In this document: piece after piece, positions 30,666 through 41,220 of the stretch
How the letters are laid out: every line of letters starts with the position of its first letter
Numbering within the stretch: the first letter of the stretch is position 1
Assembly: GCA_964455575.1 (NCBI GenBank)
Contig: CAYVWU010000001.1
Span: forward strand, 1-57,144
Origin: an uncultured Cyanobium sp.
GTDB lineage: Bacteria; Cyanobacteriota; Cyanobacteriia; PCC-6307; Cyanobiaceae
Length of the DNA: 57,144 nucleotides
Reading direction: 5' to 3'
The notes under the pieces: model-generated
Seen by the model: only the letters and a program-made list of their open reading frames with translations
Told to the model about the DNA's origin: nothing
The model's database searches: none
Made by a program: the position numbers and the translations under genes

Positions 30666-31156
30666 CGCTGCAACGGGGGAAGCTCCCCCCGACGGAGATC
30701 CCTCTGCCACAGAGCCACTTGCCACTGGCGCAGGCCATTGTTCAAATGCCAAGTCACCGTTGCCACCAGGCTGACCACCAGACCCATGGCGGTGGAGAGG
30801 AGGATCTCTCCGAACCCTTGAACGTCACCACCGTCAGGAAGGAGCAAATGGGGTCCCATGGAGGACAACAGGCGACTCAAGCCGAGCACTGTGCCGATCA
30901 GGCCAAGGAGAGGGGCGATGACAATGGCGGCTTCCAAGAAAGATTGGGCAAACCGCATCTCCAGATCCCGTTCATCCATCCAGGCCATGGCAGGCTTCTC
31001 CCCCTGCTGCATCGCCTCGCCCCACTGATGGCGAAGGACACCTCTGCGTTTCCACCACAGCGCCCAGAACCGGATGCGCTCAAAACTGATCGTGAGAACA
31101 ACAATGGAGAGAAGGATCAGCATCCAGCCAGCTGGCCCGCTCAGGGCACGGATCAC
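30662..31156 (-). CDS. MotA/TolQ/ExbB proton-channel family protein
   Basis: Three TMs; [26 protein letters not shown] and [13 protein letters not shown] motifs; GTG 31156 is the likely start. Confidence 0.88.
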   Translation of the reverse strand: MIRALSGPAGWMLILLSIVVLTISFERIRFWALWWKRRGVLRHQWGEAMQQGEKPAMAWMDERDLEMRFAQSFLEAAIVIAPLLGLIGTVLGLSRLLSSMGPHLLLPDGGDVQGFGEILLSTAMGLVVSLVATVTWHLNNGLRQWQVALWQRDLRRGELPPLQR

Positions 31157-31276
31157 TCGAAAAAAAGAAAGTCTTGCAAGTTTATGCGGGTCAGCCCCGC
31201 CGGCTTGTGGGCAGCGTGCTTGACAGGGCCGGGGGACCTGGCACTGATTATGGTGGGTGGAACAGGGTGGGTCCCC

Positions 31277-32260
31277 ATGGGAGGCATCTTCAGCGACAAC
31301 AGCCTGACCATTGGCAAAACTCCACTCGTGGCCCTTCACCGGGTGACTGAAGGCTGTGGGGCAAGGGTTCTGGCCAAGATCGAGGGCAGGAACCCCGCAT
31401 ACTCAGTCAAGTGCCGAATCGGCGCCGCGATGATCTGGCAGGCGGAAAAGGAGGGCTTGCTGGGTGCAGGCAAGGAATTGATCGAACCAACCAGCGGCAA
31501 CACCGGGATTGCCCTGGCCTTTGTGGCGGCATCGCGCGGGTTGCCGCTGACGCTGACCATGCCCGAGACCATGAGTCTGGAGCGCCGCAAGCTGCTGACG
31601 GCCTACGGGGCCAACCTCGTCCTCACTGAGGGACGTTTCGGAATGAGCGGGGCGATCCAGGCCGCCCGCCATCTGGCCGAGGCGGAACCCGACCGTTATG
31701 TGATGTTGCAACAGTTCGTCAACCCCGCCAACCCCCAGATTCACCACGACACGACGGGTCCAGAGATCTGGAGCGACACCGAAGGGAAAGTGGATGTCTT
31801 CGTGGCTGGAGTGGGGACTGGAGGCACGCTGACTGGCGTGAGTCGCTACATCAAGCAAACCCTCGCCCAACCCCTTGTTTCCGTTGCCGTTGAGCCCTCA
31901 GCCAGCCCGGTGATCACCCAGACGCTCGCGGGTATTCCCTTGCAACCCGGTGCCCACAAAATTCAGGGCATCGGCGCAGGCTTTGTTCCCAAAAACCTTG
32001 ATCTTTCCATGGTGGATCGGGTGGAACAAGTGAGCGACGACGAAGCGATCCAAATGGCGCGCCGGCTGATTCGTGAGGAGGGGATTTTGGCGGGGTTGTC
32101 CTGCGGGGCGGCCACCGTCGCGGCGATACGGTTAGCTTCTTCTCCAGAATTCGAGAACAAAACCGTAGTGGTCGTATTACCTGATTCCGGCGAGCGTTAT
32201 CTGAGTTCCATTCTTTTTGAAGGCATCTTCAGTGAGAGTGGTTTAGCCCTGCAACGATGA
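31277..32260 (+). CDS. cysK: Cysteine synthase A
   Basis: [16 protein letters not shown] (PLP Lys), [23 protein letters not shown] and PDSGERYLS motifs. Confidence 0.96.
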   Translation: MGGIFSDNSLTIGKTPLVALHRVTEGCGARVLAKIEGRNPAYSVKCRIGAAMIWQAEKEGLLGAGKELIEPTSGNTGIALAFVAASRGLPLTLTMPETMSLERRKLLTAYGANLVLTEGRFGMSGAIQAARHLAEAEPDRYVMLQQFVNPANPQIHHDTTGPEIWSDTEGKVDVFVAGVGTGGTLTGVSRYIKQTLAQPLVSVAVEPSASPVITQTLAGIPLQPGAHKIQGIGAGFVPKNLDLSMVDRVEQVSDDEAIQMARRLIREEGILAGLSCGAATVAAIRLASSPEFENKTVVVVLPDSGERYLSSILFEGIFSESGLALQR

Positions 32261-32673
32261 GCAATCTCCGAAAAATCATGCAGAAGCTGGCACAACACCA
32301 GCCCGAGATCCACAAAACCTCCCAGCAAAAACCTGACCAACCAGGGGAGAGAACACGGGGGCACGTGGAGGCCTACCAACGACAGCTGGACGAATGCTCG
32401 CCAGCCATGCTGCAGTATGAACTGGTCTGGCTGGACGAGCGCATCGCCAGCCTGCAACTTTGCCTGAGTCAAGAGGAAATGCTCACCACGGCGGGGGGTC
32501 CTGCCCAAGTGGAGTTGTGGCTGGAGGAAACGCGACAATGCAGGCAGGTCCTTGAGCGAAGGATGACCCTTCGCGGAGTGTCCCCCGCCCTTCATCCCCA
32601 AGCTGTAGCGAGCTGCGAACATGCATGGGAGCTCCGCGAAGAAAGCATCAAAAAGCTGTGGGGTTGGTCTTGA
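32257..32673 (+). CDS. Hypothetical helical protein coupled to cysK
   Basis: ATGA overlap with the cysK stop; 138 aa, globular/helical composition. Confidence 0.7.
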   Translation: MSNLRKIMQKLAQHQPEIHKTSQQKPDQPGERTRGHVEAYQRQLDECSPAMLQYELVWLDERIASLQLCLSQEEMLTTAGGPAQVELWLEETRQCRQVLERRMTLRGVSPALHPQAVASCEHAWELREESIKKLWGWS

Positions 32674-32719
32674 ATTCGCGCTGGCTTGCCCCGCCGCATG
32701 GTGTAAGCAATTCTGTAAC

Positions 32720-32749
32720 AAAAAAGGACCGCTGGCTAGCGATCCTTTG
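32720..32749 (-). terminator. Terminator after the amtB-PII operon
   Basis: aaaggaccgct-ggct-agcgatccttt hairpin with a U-tract on the minus strand. Confidence 0.6.
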
Positions 32750-32772
32750 ATGAACAGAAAGTCGACTGAAAA

Positions 32773-34583
<1,811 letters not shown>

Positions 34584-34647
34584 GGGAAAGGAGACCTGGT
34601 CGATGTTCGACACAGCACATCAGACACGCCAGCGGGACTGTTGCTCT

Positions 34648-34661
34648 GTAGCAGCAGAAAC
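34648..34661. promoter_or_regulatory. Putative NtcA box upstream of amtB
   Basis: tGTA-GCAGCAGA-AACa, one mismatch to GTA-N8-TAC, about 65 bp upstream of the amtB ATG. Confidence 0.55.
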
Positions 34662-34725
34662 ACTTTTGCGGTCTGCCCCAAAAATCCCGCGGGTTGTCCG
34701 GGGTCACTGACGCCCGACTCGCGGG

Positions 34726-35025
34726 TCATGAACCCGGATAGCGAATCGTTCGCCAGTCGCCATTGGTCGTGCTGACCTCAACGCCGATCCCGATGGGTTC
34801 CCGCAAGGCCTGATGCTGGTTTTCCCACCAACCGACAGCCTCCGACCAAGCCGCGTCCAAGGAGTCGTAGAGGTCGTCCAGCACGGGGTGAGGTTCACCA
34901 CGATCATCGACCAGCCGGTAGGAGCGGCAGCGGTGTTGCGGGGAGAGCCCCAGGACGGGGGGCACGCTTGAGGGGGTCCGTCCCGAAGGGACGACAGTGC
35001 CGAAAGGTTGCGAGGAAAGGGCCAT
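34726..35025 (-). CDS. Hypothetical protein
   Basis: YRLVDDRGEPHPVLDDLYDSLDAAWSEA..WW...IGIGVEVSTTNGDWRT; start uncertain. Confidence 0.7.
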   Translation of the reverse strand: MALSSQPFGTVVPSGRTPSSVPPVLGLSPQHRCRSYRLVDDRGEPHPVLDDLYDSLDAAWSEAVGWWENQHQALREPIGIGVEVSTTNGDWRTIRYPGS

Positions 35026-35130
35026 GCACTGACTCATAGCGAGCCAACACAATGGCGGCAAGGCCAGGAGAGAAACCGTCACAACGGCAACAGCTTCATC
35101 CTCTCCACCACGGGGCCGGGCGCTGGGGCG

Positions 35131-35595
35131 TCAACGCAGATAGGCGCGGATGCTCGGCCGACACCAGAACACCAGGGCGGCCACGTTGAGGGCCCAAGCC
35201 AGAGGCGCCGCCACGGCCAGCAGCAGCCGTCCGGGCTCCACCATGACAAGCCTCACAATTCCGTAGGGAAGGGAGAGGGCCAGGCTCAGCGAGAGAGCGA
35301 CGATGGCCAGGATCTGTCCCCAATGCAGCCAGCGCAGCAGGGCGATGAACGCAATGATCCCGACGATGGAGACGGGCAAGACCCCTCCCGCTCCGACGGC
35401 GATGTTGGCGATCCGCCAGCGCGGGTCGACCAAAATGATTTGCAACGTCAGTGGAATCGCCAGACAGCTCACGACGAGCCCCACCCAGGCCATGGGCCTG
35501 TAGCCCAAGGGGGGTTGCAGGCTCAACTCTTCCGGGGTTGGTCTGGCGATCTGGAGTTGCTTGGGCATCCCCCATCGGCGGCGATCGTCCCCCAT
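35131..35595 (-). CDS. Four-TM membrane hypothetical protein
   Basis: Four hydrophobic segments, ends FWCRPSIRAYLR; start uncertain. Confidence 0.65.
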   Translation of the reverse strand: MGDDRRRWGMPKQLQIARPTPEELSLQPPLGYRPMAWVGLVVSCLAIPLTLQIILVDPRWRIANIAVGAGGVLPVSIVGIIAFIALLRWLHWGQILAIVALSLSLALSLPYGIVRLVMVEPGRLLLAVAAPLAWALNVAALVFWCRPSIRAYLR

Positions 35596-35668
35596 CCTGC
35601 TGTGCCGCCCATCAAGATGACCGGGTCGCCCGATCCAGCCCGAGGCGCCACCCCCAGACCCGCCGACG

Positions 35669-36628
35669 ATGGTCACTCTCGCGCCTCCCACCGCCTTTCC
35701 GCCTCTCGCCAGGGGGGAGCTGCAAACGCTCCAGGTCAATCTGGGCTACCGGTGCAATCAGGCCTGCCGTCACTGTCACGTGGACGCTGGACCGTGGCGA
35801 GAGGAGCGCATGGACCCGGAAACGGTGGCGTTGATCCCTGAGGTGCTGAGGGTTCGCAACCTCCGCAGCCTCGATCTCACGGGAGGGGCTCCCGAGCTCC
35901 ATCCACAGTTTCGTGAGCTGGTGCGGGAGGCACGACGACTGGAGGTGGAGGTGATCGACCGCTGCAACCTGACGGTTCTGCTGGAGCCCGATCAGGAGGA
36001 CCTGGCCTGCTTCCTCGCGGACCAGGGGGTCGTGGTGGTGGCCTCCCTTCCCTGTGTCGAAGCGGAAACCGTCGATCGACAGAGGGGCGCGGGGGTGTTC
36101 GCTCGCAGCCTGGAGGCGCTGAAGCGACTCAACAGCCTGGGCTATGGGCGAGACGGGTCAGGTTTGGCGCTTCACCTCGTCTACAACCCGCAGGGCCCGA
36201 GCCTTCCGCCCGCGCAGAAACCCTTGGAAGCCCTCTACCGCGACGCCCTGCGACGGGAGCACGGCGTGGTGTTCAACACCCTGAAAGTGCTGGCCAACAT
36301 GCCCATCCAAAGGTTCGCAGACCAGTTGAGACGGGAGGGCACTCTGGAGCGCTACCAAACCCTGCTCCGGGACAGCCACTCACCGGAGAATCTGCCGAGC
36401 GTGATGTGCCGGAGCTTGATCAGCGTGGATTGGCAGGGGCGTCTCTACGACTGCGATTTCAATCAGATGCTGGCCCTGCCCGCTCCTGCGGGCACCCATC
36501 TCAGGGACCTGCTGCGGCACCCACCCGAGGGCGCCGCGATCTCCGTGGCTGAACACTGTTTTGGCTGCACCGCGGGCCAAGGATCCAGCTGCGGTGGCGC
36601 CTTGAAAAAAGAGGTGGACGTCCGCTGA
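35669..36628 (+). CDS. arsS: Radical SAM protein, ArsS (arsenosugar biosynthesis)/Cys-rich C-terminus family
   Basis: LQVNLGYRCNQACRHCHV, DLTGGAPEL, YDCDFNQML and HCFGCTAGQGSSCGG motifs. Confidence 0.88.
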   Translation: MVTLAPPTAFPPLARGELQTLQVNLGYRCNQACRHCHVDAGPWREERMDPETVALIPEVLRVRNLRSLDLTGGAPELHPQFRELVREARRLEVEVIDRCNLTVLLEPDQEDLACFLADQGVVVVASLPCVEAETVDRQRGAGVFARSLEALKRLNSLGYGRDGSGLALHLVYNPQGPSLPPAQKPLEALYRDALRREHGVVFNTLKVLANMPIQRFADQLRREGTLERYQTLLRDSHSPENLPSVMCRSLISVDWQGRLYDCDFNQMLALPAPAGTHLRDLLRHPPEGAAISVAEHCFGCTAGQGSSCGGALKKEVDVR

Positions 36629-36632
36629 TCCC

Positions 36633-36845
36633 TCAAGCCCCCGAGCCGGCGGGATCGTGCCGATGCTGGCCCAGAAGCCGACAGCCGATCTGAAGGCGAC
36701 CGTCGTCGAGGTGGCGACCGATCTTCAACGCCATCGCCTCCTCCTCTCGGCTGAAGGCGCTCTGGTGGAGCGTGATCCAATCGATCTCCTCCGGCGTGAT
36801 GATCCCGGTGGACAGCGACTCCAGAAGAATCTCCCCCAGTTGCAT
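36633..36845 (-). CDS. Small hypothetical protein
   Basis: MQLGEILLESLSTGIITPEEIDWIT..Q..FSREEEA.ALKIGR.LD.G..QIGCR; a picocyanobacterial-type small protein. Confidence 0.75.
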   Translation of the reverse strand: MQLGEILLESLSTGIITPEEIDWITLHQSAFSREEEAMALKIGRHLDDGRLQIGCRLLGQHRHDPAGSGA

Positions 36846-37017
36846 CGGAGACGAGGAAAGGGGACCGATGGTATGGGCGCCGGGGCCAGGAGAACAGGGG
36901 GGCCAGCCCATGAAACGCATGGGACCCGGCCCAAGAGCTGTGATGGGCGCCCTCGGGCCCGCGAGGGAGGGCAAGATCTTCCGATTCGGTTAAGATTGTC
37001 GTGGTTGCCCAGAAGCG

Positions 37018-37176
37018 GTGTACGAAAACCACCCTGTCCTCAACTCCATGGAAGCGCGGCTGGAATCCCTCAAGGACCAGTACCGCAGTCAGCCAAGCGA
37101 GGAGAACCGTTACGCCCTCGTCCGTCACGAACAACTGCTCGCCCAGTGGGCGCCCTTCCGCCGCCTGGAGTCCTGA
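37018..37176 (+). CDS. Small helical protein (52 aa, not in the ORF track)
   Basis: Hand translation from GTG: MYENHPVLNSMEARLESLKDQYRSQPSEENRYALVRHEQLLAQWAPFRRLES*; mostly G/C-ending codons; fills an intergenic gap. Confidence 0.65.
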   Translation: MYENHPVLNSMEARLESLKDQYRSQPSEENRYALVRHEQLLAQWAPFRRLES

Positions 37177-37344
37177 CCCCGCGTTTCTTTCCGATTGTGC
37201 TTTTGGCCATCGGATCAATTATTTCGAAGTAGGCTGGCGTTACCGACGACCCTTACCCCCCGTCGGCTCCGAGCGCCCAGTTCTGGCAGCTCCGGAAAAG
37301 CCCTCGCTTGCCCTGGCGAGGGTTTTTCTGTCTCCGCCGCCCCA

Positions 37345-38370
37345 TCACCACAACTCCAGACGCGGGGGGGAAAGGTCCAACCGCCAGAGCTGGCGATAGT
37401 CGCGCAGCATCTCCTGGCCAACGATCGCGTCCACCCCCAGAAGGGGAAACACCGGGTTGGTCAGGATGATCGCTTCCACACTCTGGATGGGGGGGGCCTC
37501 AGCCCCGAGTGCCAGCCCAAACAGGCGTTGGCGCCGCACCTCCTGCAGCCCGCACACCCCCACCAGCCGAGCAGGCTGATCGGGGAGGAGCGGGGTCAAT
37601 TGTTCGGCCAGGGCAGCGCTCAGGAAAACCCCTTCCGCGCCGGTGTCCGCCAAGGCCAGCTGGGTCCTCGGCCGTCCTCCCGCGGCCGGACGCAGGCGCA
37701 AAGGGAGGAGCGGCACGCCGCGACGCCAGGCCAACGGAACGTTGTGCGGGGTGGACGCCATGGTCTGCCGCCACCGCAGGGCGGCAGGTCCCAGGGCCAC
37801 GATGGTCCTCAGGGGATCCACCACCACAGGCGCCTGGCGCAACGCCGGAGCGCCAAGAACCCCGTCCACCCCCGGAGGCAACGCGACTCCCGGGATCACC
37901 AACGCCTCCGTCCCCACCAGGCGAAAGCCCGGATGCCCCGGCTCCCCGGGCAGCTGAAGGGGGGGAAGGCCAACGCTGAACAGGGAGAGGGAGGAACAGG
38001 CCACCCCTCCGCCGGCCAGGGAAAACCGCTCCGGGGCCAAGGGGCGTTGGGAGAGGCCCAGCCTTTGCGCCGCGGCTGGCGTCACCATGGTGGAGGCTGC
38101 ACCCGTGTCGAGCAGCAGGCGCACCGGACCTGCTGGAGACGCAAAGGACAACACGGGGGTGTCCCCCCCGTCGGCCCGCTCCAGATCCACCCGACTGCCA
38201 CCCTGAGCCGACCCTGCCCGCAACGACGGCCCGCGGGTCTGGATCAGGGCCTTCCCGCGCCAGGGGCCACCCGCCCCGTGCCCCGCCGCGGAGAGCGGGC
38301 GGCCAACGCCGACCAGGGCCAGACCGCAGACGAGGAGCCGCAGAAGAGAGGATCGGGGGAAGATGCGCAT
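37345..38370 (-). CDS. Secreted tandem retropepsin-like aspartyl protease
   Basis: Signal peptide; LLDTGA...DGVLG and LADTGA...DAIVG motif pairs. Confidence 0.85.
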   Translation of the reverse strand: MRIFPRSSLLRLLVCGLALVGVGRPLSAAGHGAGGPWRGKALIQTRGPSLRAGSAQGGSRVDLERADGGDTPVLSFASPAGPVRLLLDTGAASTMVTPAAAQRLGLSQRPLAPERFSLAGGGVACSSLSLFSVGLPPLQLPGEPGHPGFRLVGTEALVIPGVALPPGVDGVLGAPALRQAPVVVDPLRTIVALGPAALRWRQTMASTPHNVPLAWRRGVPLLPLRLRPAAGGRPRTQLALADTGAEGVFLSAALAEQLTPLLPDQPARLVGVCGLQEVRRQRLFGLALGAEAPPIQSVEAIILTNPVFPLLGVDAIVGQEMLRDYRQLWRLDLSPPRLELW

Positions 38371-38374
38371 GGGC

Positions 38375-39262
38375 TCAGCCGGGCCAACGGAGCACACTCC
38401 ACCAGAGCGGAACGGTCAACAGGGCCACCCCCGTGCTGACGAGCACCACCGAGGAGGCCAGGGCGACCGCATCCCGCTCCACCTCCGCCAGCAGGAGAAC
38501 GGAGAGGGCCGTGGGAGCAGCGCCCTGCAACACAAGGGCTGTGCGGTCGAGGGGAGGCAAGCCCAGCCCGGTGGCCAGAAGCCAGACGATGCCTGGAACC
38601 ACAAGCAATTTGAAAGCGAGTGCCCAGGGCATGCCTTCGGAAAGCTCCACTGAGCGCGCTTTGACGCTGACCCCCAAACGCATGCCGACAACGGCGAGAG
38701 CAATCCAGAACACCCCCCGGGCGGGCCACCACAGCCCTTGAGCCAGGGACTCGCGCCAAGGGGTCTGAACAATGAGAGCGGCAAGCGCAACCCCCTGGAC
38801 CGCGGGGCTGGTCAACAGGGTGCGCACCAGCGTTTTGGTGCCCGCGCTGCTTCCGCGCAGGACCAGGGGCCCCAGGCTCCAGGTGACAACGGTGCCCGCC
38901 ATGTCGTAGGCGATGACCGCAGCCAAGGCCTGGGGCGGCAACAGCGCCAGCGCCACGGGCAATCCCCAGTACCCGGTATTGCCCAAGGTCGCCCCCAGCA
39001 GCAGCACCCGATGGTGCAGACGCTGACGCAACGGACTGAAGTGGACGATCAACAGGCTCAGCACAGGAACCAGAACCCCCAGAACGCCGACCTTGAGAAG
39101 GTCAAGAGAGAAGGGGGAATGGAGCAGGAGGGCGGCCAAGCTGAGGGGGAGGCCCCAGTGGATCAGCGGAGGGATGACTTTCCCTGGCCACGCGGGCCGC
39201 GCGATCCCCAGAACCAGTCCCAGCAACAGACAGGGCAAGAGTTCCAGAGGCAACCGCAGCAT
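38375..39262 (-). CDS. AEC (auxin efflux carrier/malate permease) family transporter
   Basis: About 10 TMs; GNTGYWGLPVA and LQGAAPTA motifs. Confidence 0.88.
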   Translation of the reverse strand: MLRLPLELLPCLLLGLVLGIARPAWPGKVIPPLIHWGLPLSLAALLLHSPFSLDLLKVGVLGVLVPVLSLLIVHFSPLRQRLHHRVLLLGATLGNTGYWGLPVALALLPPQALAAVIAYDMAGTVVTWSLGPLVLRGSSAGTKTLVRTLLTSPAVQGVALAALIVQTPWRESLAQGLWWPARGVFWIALAVVGMRLGVSVKARSVELSEGMPWALAFKLLVVPGIVWLLATGLGLPPLDRTALVLQGAAPTALSVLLLAEVERDAVALASSVVLVSTGVALLTVPLWWSVLRWPG

Positions 39263-39363
39263 GGATCCCCGCTCGCCTGTTGGCTTCCGCGCATGCTGAC
39301 AGCTCCCGGGATCCCCCCGTCGGCGCTGGGGAACACTGGGACAGCCAGCCAGGATCCCCGCCC

Positions 39364-40083
39364 ATGCCACCGACCGATGATCCAGCGATCAGCCCCCAAC
39401 TGGAGACGCTGCGAGCGTTGATCGCCAAAGAGCGCCAAGAGGATCCACTGGTGGGCTCCAAGGTTGGGTCCAAGCTGGGACTGGACATGCTGGTCGAACA
39501 GCTGACAACGGAGCGGGGTGTGCATGCCGAAACCCTCATGGCCCTGGCGGGCGTGCTCATCGGCGTGAGCGTGCAGGCGTCCCTCTGGGCCGAAGCCCAA
39601 CAAAGGGGTGAGAGCCGCCTGCTCGGTGTGCAGCGGGTCACCTGTCGCGACGCGTCGGAACGGCTGGTGGGAGAAGCGATCACCACACGGCTGATGGACG
39701 GCCTGAGCTCTCCCTGGCAGCTGCTCGGCGAAGCGGCCCGACAGGAGGGGGCCGCTTCGCTCCCGGATGGGTCCCAACTGGTGTTGGAGAGCATCCAGCG
39801 GATCGGCACGCCAGCGTTCGGCCACCCGCAGGTGCCACCCTCCCATGCCCCCCAGGTGCTGGCGGTCGAGGAGCAGACCGCGCTCTGGCGGCTCTTCTTG
39901 CCCCTGTGCCTGGCCTGCTGTCAAGACCCCGAGGATTGGCCCCTGATGTTTGGCCTGCTGGGCGCGCGGGCCTTGAAGCTGGTCCGACCCGCTCTGGAGC
40001 CGGAGCTGGCGTTGCGTCTGGCGATGGACGCCGCGATGGATGCGGCGAAGCTGCCGCTGAAGGATGCGGATTGGCATCCATGA
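39364..40083 (+). CDS. Hypothetical protein
   Basis: ERGVHAETL...IGTPAFGHPQVPPSH...PEDWPLMFG...AMDAAMDAAK; globular composition, GC-rich codons. Confidence 0.75.
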   Translation: MPPTDDPAISPQLETLRALIAKERQEDPLVGSKVGSKLGLDMLVEQLTTERGVHAETLMALAGVLIGVSVQASLWAEAQQRGESRLLGVQRVTCRDASERLVGEAITTRLMDGLSSPWQLLGEAARQEGAASLPDGSQLVLESIQRIGTPAFGHPQVPPSHAPQVLAVEEQTALWRLFLPLCLACCQDPEDWPLMFGLLGARALKLVRPALEPELALRLAMDAAMDAAKLPLKDADWHP

Positions 40084-40093
40084 CGCAGATCGC

Positions 40094-40128
40094 CTTCCTT
40101 GAAGAGGATTGGCTTCCCTGAAGAGGAT
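40094..40128 (+). repeat. 16-bp direct repeat with 19-bp period
   Basis: cttccttgaagaggat (40094) / cttccctgaagaggat (40113). Confidence 0.7.
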
Positions 40129-40309
40129 GGTGAAGGAAGAACGGGGTATAGCAATTCTGGACACAGGAGCACCGAGGCTCAGGCAGTCCTAACGCTGCGG
40201 AAAATCGATGAATGGATGTGCTGACAAACCCTTGTTTTTGGTGTGAGTCGCCACCTTTGGACTGGGCATATTGGTTATCAATGCTCTGCTGACCAAGGCA
40301 TCCTCAAGC

Positions 40310-40612
40310 ATGCTGACACCGAGCACGCGCCTCAAACTTCAGGCCATCATCCAACGGATTGCCAAAGGGGAATCCGTCAGCCTGAACGAACGCATCTACG
40401 TGCAGAAGTTTGCCGATCGCGATCCCTCCGTTTGGAGTTGGCTCAAACAGGCGCAGCGCCAGCAGCAGGAGGGGGCGCCAAAGGAGGGATTGGATCGTTT
40501 TTTGGCCGACATGAACATCGGGGAGATCGGCCCCAAGGGGGCCTTTGATCCCAATCACGACGATCTGGGGGACTGGTTTTCGGGAGCGCCGTCCTGGCTG
40601 CGACGCAGTTGA
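40310..40612 (+). CDS. Hypothetical protein
   Basis: MLTPSTRLKLQAIIQRIA.G..VSL.ERIY..KFA...DWFSGAPSWLRRS. Confidence 0.78.
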   Translation: MLTPSTRLKLQAIIQRIAKGESVSLNERIYVQKFADRDPSVWSWLKQAQRQQQEGAPKEGLDRFLADMNIGEIGPKGAFDPNHDDLGDWFSGAPSWLRRS

Positions 40613-40646
40613 GACCGCACTGGGGAGTTGGCGAGCTGGAGACGAG

Positions 40647-41108
40647 ATGGGTACTTACGCTCAGCGTGGACAAACAGTCGCACAAGAGACGGATCTGCAA
40701 GGTGAGTCCTGTCTGGATGGGGGAGTCCCCCGCCTTGGAGCCGTGGCCTTCCTTTCCTCTTCTCCCTCGGAAAGCGACCCTCAAGGTCCCAATGCGTGGA
40801 TCCTTTGCAGTTATCGCAACGGAACCAATCGCATGGTGATCGTGCGGGCCAAGGGGGCGGACGCCTTCTTTCTTGAACGCGTGGTTTTTCCGTTTGAGAT
40901 CATGACCTTTCACTGCCCGAGGGATGGCGAAGTGGAAGTGTCCATGCACACCTCCATGGGAGTGGAACGCAGAGAAAGCATCGCTCCACACCATCTGCTG
41001 GCCGCTGCACCCGGCGTGGAGGCCTTGGCGGATTGGCGCCCGCAACGTTGCCTGCGCAGCGTGAGTGTGCGGAGCAATGCCAGCACCACCTGCCGCGAAG
41101 GTGTTTGA
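40647..41108 (+). CDS. DUF1830 domain protein
   Basis: CSYRNGTNRMVIVR...FFLERVVFPFE..F.CP motif; start uncertain. Confidence 0.75.
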   Translation: MGTYAQRGQTVAQETDLQGESCLDGGVPRLGAVAFLSSSPSESDPQGPNAWILCSYRNGTNRMVIVRAKGADAFFLERVVFPFEIMTFHCPRDGEVEVSMHTSMGVERRESIAPHHLLAAAPGVEALADWRPQRCLRSVSVRSNASTTCREGV

Positions 41109-41220
41109 CCCCTCCGCTTCCGGGTTCCTCCCCCGAAGCGGTAGACCTGACGCCGGTCGTGCTTGCATGCGACCCCAGCCGAGAGGCAGATCGGGCGCTG
41201 CGCCTCCTTAAAGTCCGTGG

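Noticed and set aside
36580-36628. Selenocysteine recoding in arsS
   Set aside because: The GSSxGG position is TGC (Cys); there is no in-frame TGA.
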